Source: Chiloscyllium plagiosum (lineage: Eukaryota). Taken from it: a DNA stretch of 64,000 bases. The first letter of the stretch is position 1. Each line of letters starts with the position of its first letter. Below the pieces are notes generated by a model. It was given only the letters and a program-made list of their open reading frames with translations. It made no database searches and was not told the origin of the DNA. The translations under genes were made by a program, and so were the position numbers. This document shows positions 50,295-61,714 of the stretch, piece after piece. The DNA lies in the NCBI RefSeq assembly GCF_004010195.1, contig NC_057735.1:11013371-11077370 (forward strand), in the 5' to 3' direction.

Positions 50295-50825
50295 TAGAAT
50301 CATGGAGATGTACAGCGCGGAGACAGACCCTTCGGTCCAACTCGTCCATGCTGACCAAATATCCCAACCCAATCTAGTCCCACCTGCCAGCACTCAGCCC
50401 ATATCCCTCCAAATCCTTCTTATTCATATACCCATCCACTTGCCTTTTAAATGTTGTAATTGTACCAGCCTCCACCACTTCCTTTGGCAGTCCATTCCCC
50501 TCACACACCACTGTCTGCATGAAAAGGTTGCCCCTTAGGTCCCTTTTATATCTTTCCCCTCTCATCCTAAACGTATGCCCTCCAATTCTGGACTCTCCGA
50601 ACCCAGGGAAAAGACTTTGTCTATTTATCCTATCTATGCCCCTCATGATTTTATAAACCTCTATAAGATCACCCCTCAGCCTCCGACGCTCCACGGAAAA
50701 CATTCTGAGCCGATTCAGCCCTTTCCCCATAGCTCAAATCATCCAACCATGGTAACATCCTTGTAAATCTTTTCTAAACCCTTAGAAGTTTCACAACGTC
50801 CTTCTGATAGGAAGGAGACCAGTCT
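50295..50825 (-). mobile_element. CR1 LINE 3' end
   Basis: RRLRGDLIEVYKIMRG...GHTF ORF and tail. Confidence 0.9.
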
Positions 50826-50849
50826 TACTTTTCTAGACCTGTTCAAAGT

Positions 50850-51365
50850 CTGTCCCATTTAATATGTTGGTAGTGCCACCTCCATAGTAGAGGTTATTGT
50901 CAAGGTGGGAACGCAGGACATCTTCCCCAGAGCTGTGCTGTGGTCATTCTACCTAATACTGTCATGGATAGATGCATGTGCAGTTTATAGATTGGAAAGG
51001 GTGAGGGCAAGTGTGTTTTTCCTCTTGTTGATTCCCTCACCACTTGCCACAGATCCAGTCTAGCAGCCATGACCTTTAGGACCTGACCAGCTCAATCAAT
51101 AATGTTGTTGCTGAGCCTCTTTTGGTGATGGATACTGGAACCCGCCCCCACCCAGAGTATAGTTTGTACCCTTGCCAACCTCAGTGTTTCCTTCAGTTGT
51201 TGCTCAACATGGAGGAGTACTGATTCATCAGCTGATGAGAGAGACAATGTGGTAATCAGCTGGAGGATTCCTTTCCCATGTTTAACCTGGAGCCATGAGA
51301 CTTCACTGGGCCCAGAGACAGTGTTGAGAATTCCCAGGGCAACTTCCTCCCTATTGTGTACTGAG
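50850..51365 (-). mobile_element. L2/CR1-clade LINE endonuclease fragment
   Basis: ORF ...LLHVEQQLKETLRLARVQTILWVG...HHQK resembles the APE domain GDFNxHH region. Confidence 0.6.
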
Positions 51366-52267
51366 TTTTCATCGATTTTTTTTTTAAATTCCAAATATAT
51401 TTTATCGAATTCCATGGCAGTATTCAAACATGGGTCCCCAAAACATTCGTCGAATTTCGAGTTTAATAGTTTAGTAATAATACCATTTGGTCATTGCCTC
51501 CCCAAATGTCTGATACCATCTGTTACATTTCGGAGCTTAACTGTTTCAGTTCCTTAAAACAGAAAATCAGGCAATTGTGAGGAATTTTCAGATAGCTTAT
51601 TGTACTTATTAAGAACCAGCAGTACAGATATGATACATTGGCTAATTGGATAAAAGAAAAGAGCAGACAACACATGACCATTGAAGATGATTCACTTCCA
51701 TCAAGGAACAATTAGACATTGGTACAGAGTGTGTCAATCTCTTTAACGTTGTGCAGGCAGCAGCCTGTTCTATGAGCAAACTGTTCCTGAACTCTCTCCT
51801 GGGTGTTTCCTCCATCCTTGTAGAACACTTTTTCTTTAAAGAAAAAGAAGGCACAATGCAGATGTATTTTCTTTCTATCAGCAAATAGAGCGCTGATATA
51901 TGTCAATATATGTCAATTCTCATGTGGACATCTACACCACACTGTATGTGGAACTGAACAATTTAAAATTAGTTGTCAGAGAAGTTCTTTGTACATGCAG
52001 AATTATTTCACAACTGTTGTGCAGTTGTGGAATCACATATAATGTTTGATATAGTTTTTTGATGTTTGCAAGCTTGGACTGGTCAGGACAGTCAGTACGT
52101 TGTAAAAACAATGACTGCAGATGCTGGAAACCAGATTCTGGATTAGTGGTGCTGGAAGAGCACAGCAGTTCAGGCAGCATCCAAGGAGCAGCGAAATCGA
52201 CATTTCGGGCAAAAGCCCTTCATCAGGAACAACTGAAGGGATTTGCTATTTCATATGATCCACAATA

Positions 52268-52820
52268 TGTCATAGAGTCACAGAGATATACAGCACAGAA
52301 ACAAACCCTTCAGTCCAACTCATCCATGCTGACCAGATATCCTAACCTAATCTAGTCCCATTTGCCAACACTTTATCCATATCCCTCTAAACTCTTTCTA
52401 CTCATATACCCATCCAGATGCTTTTAAATGTTGTAACTGTACCAGCCTCCACCACTTCCTCTGGCAGCTAATTCTATACACACACCACTCTCTGTGAGAA
52501 GAAGTTACCCCTTAAATCCCTTTTAATTTTTTCTCTTTCAGCCAAAACAAAAGGTGGTGGACCCAGCACAGATCCTTGTGGCACTCCACTGATCACAGGC
52601 CTCCAGTCTGAATAGCAACCCTCCACCACTATTCTCTGTCTTCTACCTCCAAGCCAGTTCTGTATCCAAATGGCCAGTTCTCCCCATATTCCATGAGATC
52701 TAACCTTGCTAACCAGTCTGCCAAGAGGAACCTTGTCGAATGCCTTAATGAAGTCCATACGGATCACGTCCACTGTTCTTCCCTTATCAATCCTCTTTGT
52801 TACTTCTTCAAAAAACTCAA
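52268..52820 (-). mobile_element. CR1 LINE with internal deletion
   Basis: DFIKAFDKVP...GVPQGSVLGP joined directly to the 3' end. Confidence 0.88.
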
Positions 52821-52869
52821 TACTACATACTTAGTATGATACCAGCATTGTAATTCATATTCCACATTA

Positions 52870-52875
52870 TTTATT
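52870..52875 (-). terminator. Candidate polyadenylation signal of gene D
   Basis: AATAAA ~540 nt downstream of the stop at 53414. Confidence 0.4.
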
Positions 52876-53413
52876 TGTGTAAAAACATTTTCAGAAAACC
52901 ATTTTTTGACTTGATGGTAGCTTCTTGTGATGCTTCTCATGAAGTCAGCTCTCTGCACAAGAGGAGAACCTTTCTGTTGGTGATTGTGCTACTGAGTAAG
53001 TTCAACATTTTCCAGGGCCAGTGTAAATATAGAAGTCAGCATCAAATGGTCTGAAGATAAATTTGGGATCTGTCCTCACATGTAAGCAGATAAATTAATT
53101 TACGTTACAAAATGTCTCTGGGGAGCATTTAACTTTGGAAATATCTGTTGTCAGAGGATGATATTCATTGAGTTCAAGAGAAATGAAAATTGCATTCACT
53201 GTGACACCAACCCACTGCCAGGTTATAGTCAGGGTAGTCCTTGCTGCACCATTCATTTTTACTCGACAGTGTGAGGACTAGGAGTGGAGTTGGAGGAAAC
53301 AACTTGGAACAACATCAAAGAATTTCTCAAAATAGGGTTGTGCTTCATAGAAGAAATTACATTGCAAAGTAAGAAGAAGAAATGGTCATCACAAATCCAC
53401 ATGAATAGAGTTT

Positions 53414-53704
53414 CTAACATTTAACATTAGCATAAATTGCCATTTCAGATTCAGGTGGATTCTCTGTTGTTGAAGAGACTACATTGTCCTCTGGAAGCTG
53501 GCTTTGAACCAGGGCATTTCCCCTGTTAGCTGAACAACTTGATGTCTCACCATTCCGTGCTGATGACTTCTTTTGAAAGTGTAAATCTGCATATATGACT
53601 CCATCTGTAGTATTCTTGAAATGGACAGTTCCTTCACTCTGTCTTGACCTGCTTTGACTGTGAATACTTGAATATACAATGTTCTCTTCTGCTCCTACCA
53701 TTTG
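53414..53704 (-). CDS. Gene D terminal cytoplasmic exon with ITIMs
   Basis: Acceptor tttttgttttag. Motifs IVYSSI, VIYADL and AIYANV, then TAG. Confidence 0.9.
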   Translation of the reverse strand, partial: QMVGAEENIVYSSIHSQSRSRQSEGTVHFKNTTDGVIYADLHFQKKSSARNGETSSCSANRGNALVQSQLPEDNVVSSTTENPPESEMAIYANVKC

Positions 53705-56700
53705 CTAAAACAAAAACACAAAGTTTGAATTCATTTTTGATTAATGGTAATTTGTGTTACTATGAAGGGAAATCTATTTTTGGATTATCATAAATTAATT
53801 GACAAACTGTTACAAGTTTTATAAGTTATCCAGCAATGAAACAAACAATTCGGTCTGGTAAGTTCATCGACACAAACCTGCTCACATTAGTCTTCATTTA
53901 AAACAATGGTATGTGCTTTCAGTCCTTTCCAGCTCGTGTGCTGATGTGAAGTGGCAGTTAGGCAGTGTGGCAGTCAGTGTAGACGACAGCATATATATTC
54001 ACAAAGGGATACCCTGACAGACTAAGTGAATGGGCAACATTGTGACAGGTGGAGTTCAATGTCAGTGTGTGAGGTTATCTATTTTGGAATGAGAAAGGAT
54101 CGATCAGGATACTTTCTGGATGACATGAAGGTAAATATAATGAAGTTAAATATAATATAAAAGAAAGCTGGGAGTTCAAAGACCTTTAAAATGTCAAGTA
54201 AATCATCAATGAAGCTAACAGAATGCTGACCTTTATGTCTAGGGTGGCACAGTGGCTCAGTGGTTAGCACTGTCATTTCACGGCGCTAGGGACATGGATT
54301 TGATTCCCACCTCAGGCAACTGTCTGTGTGGAATTAGACACCTTCTCCCCGTGTCTGTGTGAGTTTCCTTTCAAAGTCTAAAGATTTGCAGGCCAGGTGA
54401 ATTGGCCATTCTAAATTGCCCATAGCGTTAGCTGCATTAGTCAGAGGGAAATGGGTCTGGGTGGATGCCTCTTCGAGGATTGGTGTGGACTTGGTGGACC
54501 AAAGGGCTGGTTTCCACACTGGAGGGAATCTAACTTTATTTGGAGGACACAGATGCAGAAGTGGTGCAACACTTATACAAAATCATGATTAGTTCCCACT
54601 TGGAGTACTCTGAGCAGATCTTGGCACTCTACCTCCGGAAGGCTATTTTGGCGTTGCAGGGAGTACAAAAGCAGGTTTACAAGAACATGACCAAGAATTT
54701 TGGGGTTAAGTTATGAGGAGGTTTGCAGAAATTTATGCCTGTTTTCTTTCAAATTTAGAAGTGTAGGGGGTGATCTGATTGAAATTTCAGGATATTAAAA
54801 GGACAAAACTGGGTAGATAAAGATTAACTATTTCCACTGGTTTCTTGAACGAGTGGGGATTATATTAGATTCTCTACAATGTAGGGATAGGCCCTTCGGC
54901 CCAACAAGTCCACACCGACCCTCCGAAGAGTAACCCACCCAGACCCATTCTCCTCTGACTAATGCATCTAACACTATGGGCAATTTAGCATGGCCAATTC
55001 ACCTGGCCTGCACATCTTTGGATGGTGGGCAGAAGCCAGAGCACCCAGAAGAAACCCACGCAGTCATGGGAAGAATGTGCAAATTCCACACAGACAGTCA
55101 CCTGAGGCTGGAATCGAACCTGGGTTCCTACTGCTTTGAGGCAGCAGTGCTAACCACTGAGCCACTGTGCCACCCTTAATGTGAGAATTAGGGCCAGACC
55201 ATTTGGGAGAGATATTTAAAATCACTTCTACATACAAAGGGTGGTAGATGTTTGGAATTCTGATTGAAGAAGCCCAAGTGAAGGATGAAAACATGCAACT
55301 CATTCAAAGAGGAGTGTGTCGTCATGGTGACTAGTGGAAGTAGATATTGGGGGAAAATACCATGAGGATTGATAGTATTTTCGTTTCCTTAATGTTTTTC
55401 TGTTTTTCTATGATTACATTGAACCCGACAGATGCAAATGCAGGTTGAAAAGTGTCAGCAAATACAAAGTCATGATTGAGTGCTTAATTAATTCTAATTT
55501 TTAATTGTAAAGACGACTCAAATTTTTTTATGCCCATCAATGAGAATGTTCAAAGTTTCACCAAGAGCTAGTTCAGTCAGTAGCATGGATACATTGAAGG
55601 AGAATCTCAAGAAAGACAAGAGACAAAAGAGTGAGAAGCTTCTGTTGTTCGGGTTAGTTGGAGATGGGTGGGGGGGATGTTGGTGTTGAGTGTCCCACAG
55701 GGACCAGGTGTTCTGATTGGCCTGTTTCTGTGCTGCTAGTTCATTATGTTAATTTATGATTATTATTCAAAATATTCAAACTTGATCTCCTTACCTGATT
55801 CTCAAAAGCATTATCCGTTCCAGCACCTATACCACCTTTACCTGGAAAATTACAATAGGGATGATGGATATTTGTAAAAAGGCGACACTGATGACATGTT
55901 GCAGCCTGACATTGATTTGTTCTCTTCTTCTTCTTCAATTCTGTGCGTGAAGGCATTCGGGTTATTTAACCTGTTTGGCTGCTGTGTTATGAACACCCTT
56001 CCTTTCCATCAAGTCTCAGAGTGGGATTTGAACCCAGGATTTCGTGTGAAGAGGCAGGGATGCTATTATTGCCTTACAAGACCTCCAGTTCATCACCATA
56101 CAAAGGCAAGTAGTATTTTATATTTTGTTACAAAGGGATTAGTGTAACACATAGAGAAGCAGTGAATCCATAGTGGCTGTGCTGTTTGTAGTATTGGGCT
56201 CCGCGATGGGCCCACTTATCCTTGGGTTCGCTATTCCGGATGGAAATTGTTTTACAAGGAGGGCTTGAGTAGGATGAGCTTATATTTTCTGGCATTTTGA
56301 TGATTGGAAAGTAACTGCATTGAAATGTCTAACATTCTGAAGGGACTTAGAATCATAGCATCTATGATTTCTGCAGTGGGGAAACAGGCCATTTGGCCCA
56401 TTGAGTCCACACTAACCCTCCGAAGACCATCCCACCCAGACCCATACACCCTTCTCTATTACTGTATCTCTGAAAATCCCATGGGTAATCCATCCAGCCT
56501 GCACATCCCTGGACAATTTAACACGACCAACCTACTGAACCTGCACATCTTTGAACTGGAGGAGGAAGCTGGAGCACCCGGAGAAAACCCATACGGACAG
56601 GGAGAACATACAAATTCCACACAGTTACCCGAGGCTGGAATCAAGCCCGGGTATCTAGTGCTGTGTGAGGCAGCAGTGCTAACGACTGAGCCACCACGCC

Positions 56701-59700
56701 AGACTTGACAGGCAAACGTTGATAAACTGTTTCTTTTGGCTGTGGATTCTGGAGCTGAGTGTCATGGTCTCAGAATAAAGGGTGGGCCAAATTAGGACCG
56801 AGATTGAGCAAAATGTATTCACACAAAGATGAGTGAAACTTCAGAAGCCTCTCCCCAGACAGTTGTGAACACTCAGATACTGGGTGTATTGAAAGCAGAA
56901 ACCAATAGATTGTTGGGAACTTGGGGAATTCAGGCATTCATAGGAAAAGACCACTCACTGAAAGATTTCCCCTTAAAAAAACAGAAATAGTAGAGAAAGA
57001 ATCATCTTGGTCTTAACAGAGATTTACTTTACAGTAAACTAAACCTCATTAGATTTTATAAAATACAGAGATGCAGATGCTGGAGATCTGGAAAAAACCT
57101 GAGGTTGCTGGAGAAGCTGAGCAGGTCTGGCAGATGAAGATGAAGAGACACTGGACCTAAAATGTTAACTCTGCTTTCTTCCCACAAATGCTGCCACACC
57201 TGCTGAGTTTTCCATCAGATTTTACCCTGACAAGATCCTACAGAGAATCCAGAACCAAACTCGGCAATCAGTCAGGATTTCAATATTGGGCATCTGAATC
57301 TACATCTAATTCTCTTAAAGAGGAAGTACTGCTCCTGAATTTGACTGCAACTGATTATTATTGGATCAAATGGGAGAAATTCCACTTATGAAGTCTTCAA
57401 TACTTGCAATTGTAATGTCCATGTTTCAAAAATACGTTACATCAAGGTCTATCTAAATTTCAATTGACCAAATCACTTCCTGTCATTCACTTCTGTCAGT
57501 CTAAACCAATGTAGACTTCTCCTTCCTCCAGACTCCACCTCTTGTTAGTGAGAAACATTAATTATTATTCTCCTAGGTTATATCCATCTGGACCAGAACG
57601 TGGAACAAGTTACTCCAATTTATTAATTAATGTTTGCTATTTACAATGAATTGCAATTCATACAGCAAGCAATTGACATTTCATGAAATGATTAAGGAGA
57701 AAGCGACACTTACCCTTCTTGACTTGCCTCAGGTACAAAAGCAGAGAAACAGCAAAAACAATGATCATGGCCCCCAGTGCACCGACCACAATGTAAACCA
57801 GACTGTGATACAGAGAACAGGAAAGGGTCAGTGTGTGTTCACAATTGGTTCTTGGGCACTTGTTTAAAGAAAGGAGGCTTTAACATTTATATAACACCTT
57901 TCATGACCTTTGAATGGCCCTCAGCATTTTACAGTTAAGGAAGTACTTTTGAATGTTTGATAGTGTCTGAAACAGGAAATGAAGAAAAATCTCATGAGTA
58001 ACAATGAGATATGACCAAACAAATATTGGCTAGATCTTTAGCGGAGCTCCTTATTTGTTTTCTCCAAACATATGGTCTGACTTGCTGCGTGCATCCACCA
58101 CTCTCTATTTCTGTTTAATTTTCACTTCTCATTTCCATTGTGTTTGATATTTTGTTTCTTTTTACTCTGCTAGAACCATTGGAAATTCAAAGACTCAATT
58201 CCTCAGTGTTTATAACAGATGACAATTTCTGATACTTGCTGTCAGCAGTTTGAGCAAATAGCGTGGAAATGTGAAGTGAATTCTGCAAAATGACTATGTA
58301 CATCACAAATGAAAATGGAAAGATCTCCATCAAGCATTGACTTAACATGACACAAGGTCCAGCTGCCACCAGATAAACACCCAGTTGTTCCACCATTGGC
58401 TGACTGTGAAAATAGGACTCACCATCTCCATGGACTTCAGTAAGACGTTAGATAAGGTTCCACATGGTAGACTGTGGAGAAAGTAAAGTCGTATGGGGTC
58501 CAGGGTGTACTAGCTAGATGGATAAAGAACTGCCTAGGCAACAGGTGACTGAGAGTAGTAGTGGAAAGGAGTTTCTCAAAGTGGAGATCTGTGACCAGTG
58601 GTGTTCCACAGGGCTGTGTGCTGGGACCACTGTTGTTTATGATATACATAAATGATCTGGAGGAAGGTATTGGTGGTCTGATTAGCAAGTTTACAGATGA
58701 CACTAAGATTGGAGGAGTAGCAGATAGCGAAAGGGACTGCCAGAGAATACAGCAGAACATAGATAGATTGGAAAGTTGGACCGAGAAATGCCAGATTGAG
58801 TTTAATCTGGACAAATGTGAGGTGATGCATTTTGGAAGATCCAATTCAAGAGTGAACTCTACAGTAAATGGAAAAGGGCAAAAGTGAGGACTACAGATGC
58901 TGTTGATCAGAGTCTAGATTGGAGTGGTGCTGGAAAAGCACAGCAGGCCAGGCAGCATACGAGGAGCAGAAAATTGATGTAAAAAGAGATCTGGGTATTC
59001 AGGTCCATTGTATCCTGAAGGTGGCAATGCAGGTCAATAGAGTGGTCAAGAAGGCATACGGCATGCTTTCCTTCATCTGACGGGTTATTGAGTACAACAG
59101 TTGGCAGGTCATGTTACAGTTGTATAAGACTTGGGTTCGGTCATGTTTGGAGTACTGCCTACAGTTCTGGTCACCACATTACCAAATGGATGTGGACGCA
59201 TTGGAGAGGGTGGAGAGGAGGCTTACCAGGATGTTGCCTGGAATGGAGGACACTAGCTATGAAGGGAGGTTGAGTAGATTAGCATTATTTTCATTAGAAA
59301 GACATAGGTTGATGGGTGACCTGATTGAGGTCTACAAAGTCATTAGAAGTACAGACCAGGTGGATAGCAAGAAGCTTTTTCCCAGGGTGGGAGACTCAGT
59401 TACTGGGGGGCTCATGAGTTCAAGGTGAGAGGGGAAAAGTTTGAGGGAGATATGCGTGGAAAGTCCTTCACATAGAGGGTGGTGCATACTGGAATGCGTT
59501 GCCAGCAGAGGTGGTAGAGGTGGGCATGATAGTGTCATTTAAGATGTATCTAGACAGATACATGAATGGGCAGGGAGCAAAGGGGTACACACCCTTAGAA
59601 AATAGGTGGCATGTTTAGATAGAGGATCTGGATCAGTACAGGATTGGAGGGCTGAAGGGCCTGTTCCTATGCTGTAATTTTCTTTGTTCTTAGTTCTTCT

Positions 59701-61151
59701 TTGACAGAGTCATAGATAGAATCATAGAATCACACAGCATGGGAACAGACCATCAGTCCAACTCGTTCACACTGACCAGACATCCCGAGTTGCATTTGCC
59801 AGCATTTGGCCCATATCGCTCTAAACTTTTCCTATTCATATATCCATCCAGATGCCTTTTAAAGTGATCATTGTACCCACCTCCACTACTTCCTCTGACA
59901 GAGTGTTCTGTACCTGCACTGCCCTCTGCATGAAAAAGTTGCCCCTTAGATCCTTGTTAAATCTTTCCTCTTTCATCTTAAACCTTTGTCCTTCAGTTTT
60001 GGACTCCCCCACCCAAGGAAATAGACCGTGGCTATTCACGGATCCATGGCCCTCATAACTTTATAATCCTCTGTAAGGTCATCCCTCAGCCTCCAAAGCT
60101 TCAAGGAAGAAAGCCCTAGCCTATTCAACTCTCCATCTAACTTAAACCCTCCAGTCTCAGCAACATTCTTGTGAATCTTTACTGCATCCTCTCACGTTTA
60201 ACAAATCCTTCCTGTCGACATACTATGGCAACGTCAACATCTGGGGGATCTATTTCGAACATCTTGACACCATTACTCACAATCACCTAATGTCTTGTAC
60301 CAGCCAAAAGGATACATCAAATACCATCATGTGAACAGACTTCCTCAAAACAATATTCCATTCTGCCTTGATTATATATTTTTGTTTCTTTGATGGAAGT
60401 GTGTGCAATTGCAACATTTAAAAGGCATCTGATGAGTATATGAATAGGAAGGGTTTAGAGGGATATGGGCCAAATGCTGGTAAATAGGACTAGGTCAGAT
60501 TGGGATGTCTGGTCAGCACAGATGAGTTGGACCAAAAGATCTGTCTCTGTGCTGTATGAGTCTATGACTCTATCTATGACTCTGCACTGTAAGGTACCTG
60601 GTATCTCCTACACCACATTGAGAATACCATCAAGAAGAAGGCCTCTTCACTGCAACTTTGTCCAAAGTTGACCAGGTGTTCCTCCCAAGTGAGACCAATG
60701 CTGAGCAGATTTATTAACACACAGCAGATTTATTAACATTTCCCTCAGGACCACACCGGGGTGGAAAAAGGCAAGGTCAATGTGACATTCATAGTCATCA
60801 TGAAATCCAATCAAGGTAGTAATTGTGATGAATAATGGATCTGAGGGCCAGCAACCTGTAGCTGTTTTCCTCTTGTTCTTATTTCCAACACAAATATCAT
60901 AATTTTTTCAAAGGCTAATGCCACAGCCTGATGTCAATCCAGCCCCATTTCCATTCTGAGAGTTATGTCGTGAAATCGGAAATGATTTCCATCCTGAATA
61001 ACAAAACATTGTTCAAGCGGATTTAATCTATCACATGGAAGTCATCAAACACTAACGCTGAGATAGTCGTACCTTATATTAAGTTGAGACGTGACGTTTG
61101 AATTTGTAGTTTTCGATGATACTGTTGAAATTTTATAGCAGTAATCAGCTC
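53414..61151 (-). CDS. Gene D (partial, 3' exons): ITIM-bearing inhibitory receptor of the same family
   Basis: Exons 61073-61151 (ADYCYKISTVSSKTTNSNVTSQLNI), 57714-57802 (TM), 55795-55841 and 53414-53704 splice in frame (phases 2,1,0). Confidence 0.82.
54241..54530 (+). mobile_element. tRNA-derived SINE (HE1/V-SINE-like)
   Basis: A box and core as at 3434. Confidence 0.8.
54865..55175 (-). mobile_element. tRNA-derived SINE (HE1/V-SINE-like)
   Basis: Reverse-complement copy of the same family. Confidence 0.85.
55795..55841 (-). CDS. Gene D short cytoplasmic exon GKGGIGAGTDNAFENQ
   Basis: Acceptor attttccag, donor gtaagg, 47 nt. Bridges phase 1 to phase 0 exactly as required. Confidence 0.7.
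56370..56702 (-). mobile_element. tRNA-derived SINE (HE1/V-SINE-like, diverged)
   Basis: Same head and core motifs. Confidence 0.75.
57714..57802 (-). CDS. Gene D TM exon LVYIVVGALGAMIIVFAVSLLLYLRQVKK
   Basis: Acceptor ctctgtatcacag, donor gtaagt. Uncharged helix followed by a basic stop-transfer segment. Confidence 0.9.
58429..59700 (+). mobile_element. 5'-truncated CR1 LINE (same family as 40362-44263)
   Basis: GVPQGCVLGP...KFTDDTKIGG and an identical type of ttctttg tail. Confidence 0.9.
59705..60215 (-). mobile_element. CR1 LINE 3' end
   Basis: LFPWVGESKTEGQRF...FFMQR. Confidence 0.85.
61073..61151 (-). CDS. Gene D stalk exon
   Basis: Acceptor ctttgtttaaatag, donor gtacga, 79 nt, phase 1 to 2. 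The start (x)ADYC parallels EEYFC/REYTC of genes A/B. Confidence 0.78.
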
Positions 61152-61535
61152 CTATTTAAACAAAGGAATAACATTCAGATGAACCTTTTTTTACTATAGT
61201 TAACCAAAACAGCAACATTGTCAGATTGGGAAAAACGCCTGTCTGATGTAATGGATTTGGAAAGTATAATCTCAGTGTAATGTCCACCCCCTCACCAGCC
61301 GGGTGTTCCCACTGTGACCTGTCAGTGACCCATCTTTCATGATCATTTCTAATTGTTTCCCATATCTCACAGATGGGAGCACAGCATTACCTACTGAGCC
61401 TGTTAAAGGACTCCAATCCCGACATCCCCTTTGTGTCCTGTGCAAACATATAATTCCAGCCAAAGAACTGGCCCTTCTCATCACTCAAGGAGGTGATGAC
61501 CAAGTTGTGTTATTGCTAGACTATTAATCCAGAGA

Positions 61536-61714
61536 GGCAAAAGTGAGTAGTGCAGATGCTGGGGAGATCAGAGTCAAGATTAGAGTGGTGTTGGAAAAGC
61601 CCAGAACGTTAGGCAGCATCCTTGATGGTGGGCTCTTGCTCAAAAAGTCGATTTTCCTGCTCCTCAGATGCTGCCTGACCTGCTGTGCTTTTCCAGTACA
61701 CCACTCTAATCTTG
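61536..61714. mobile_element. Foldback Penelope-derived element
   Basis: Inverted arms and an imperfect TSD actattaatccagaga/actattcatccagaga. Confidence 0.7.

Noticed and set aside
58405-58430. Donor-like ggtgag suggesting another gene D exon
   Set aside because: It abuts a CR1 5' truncation, no acceptor or frame can be supported, and the model is in frame without it.
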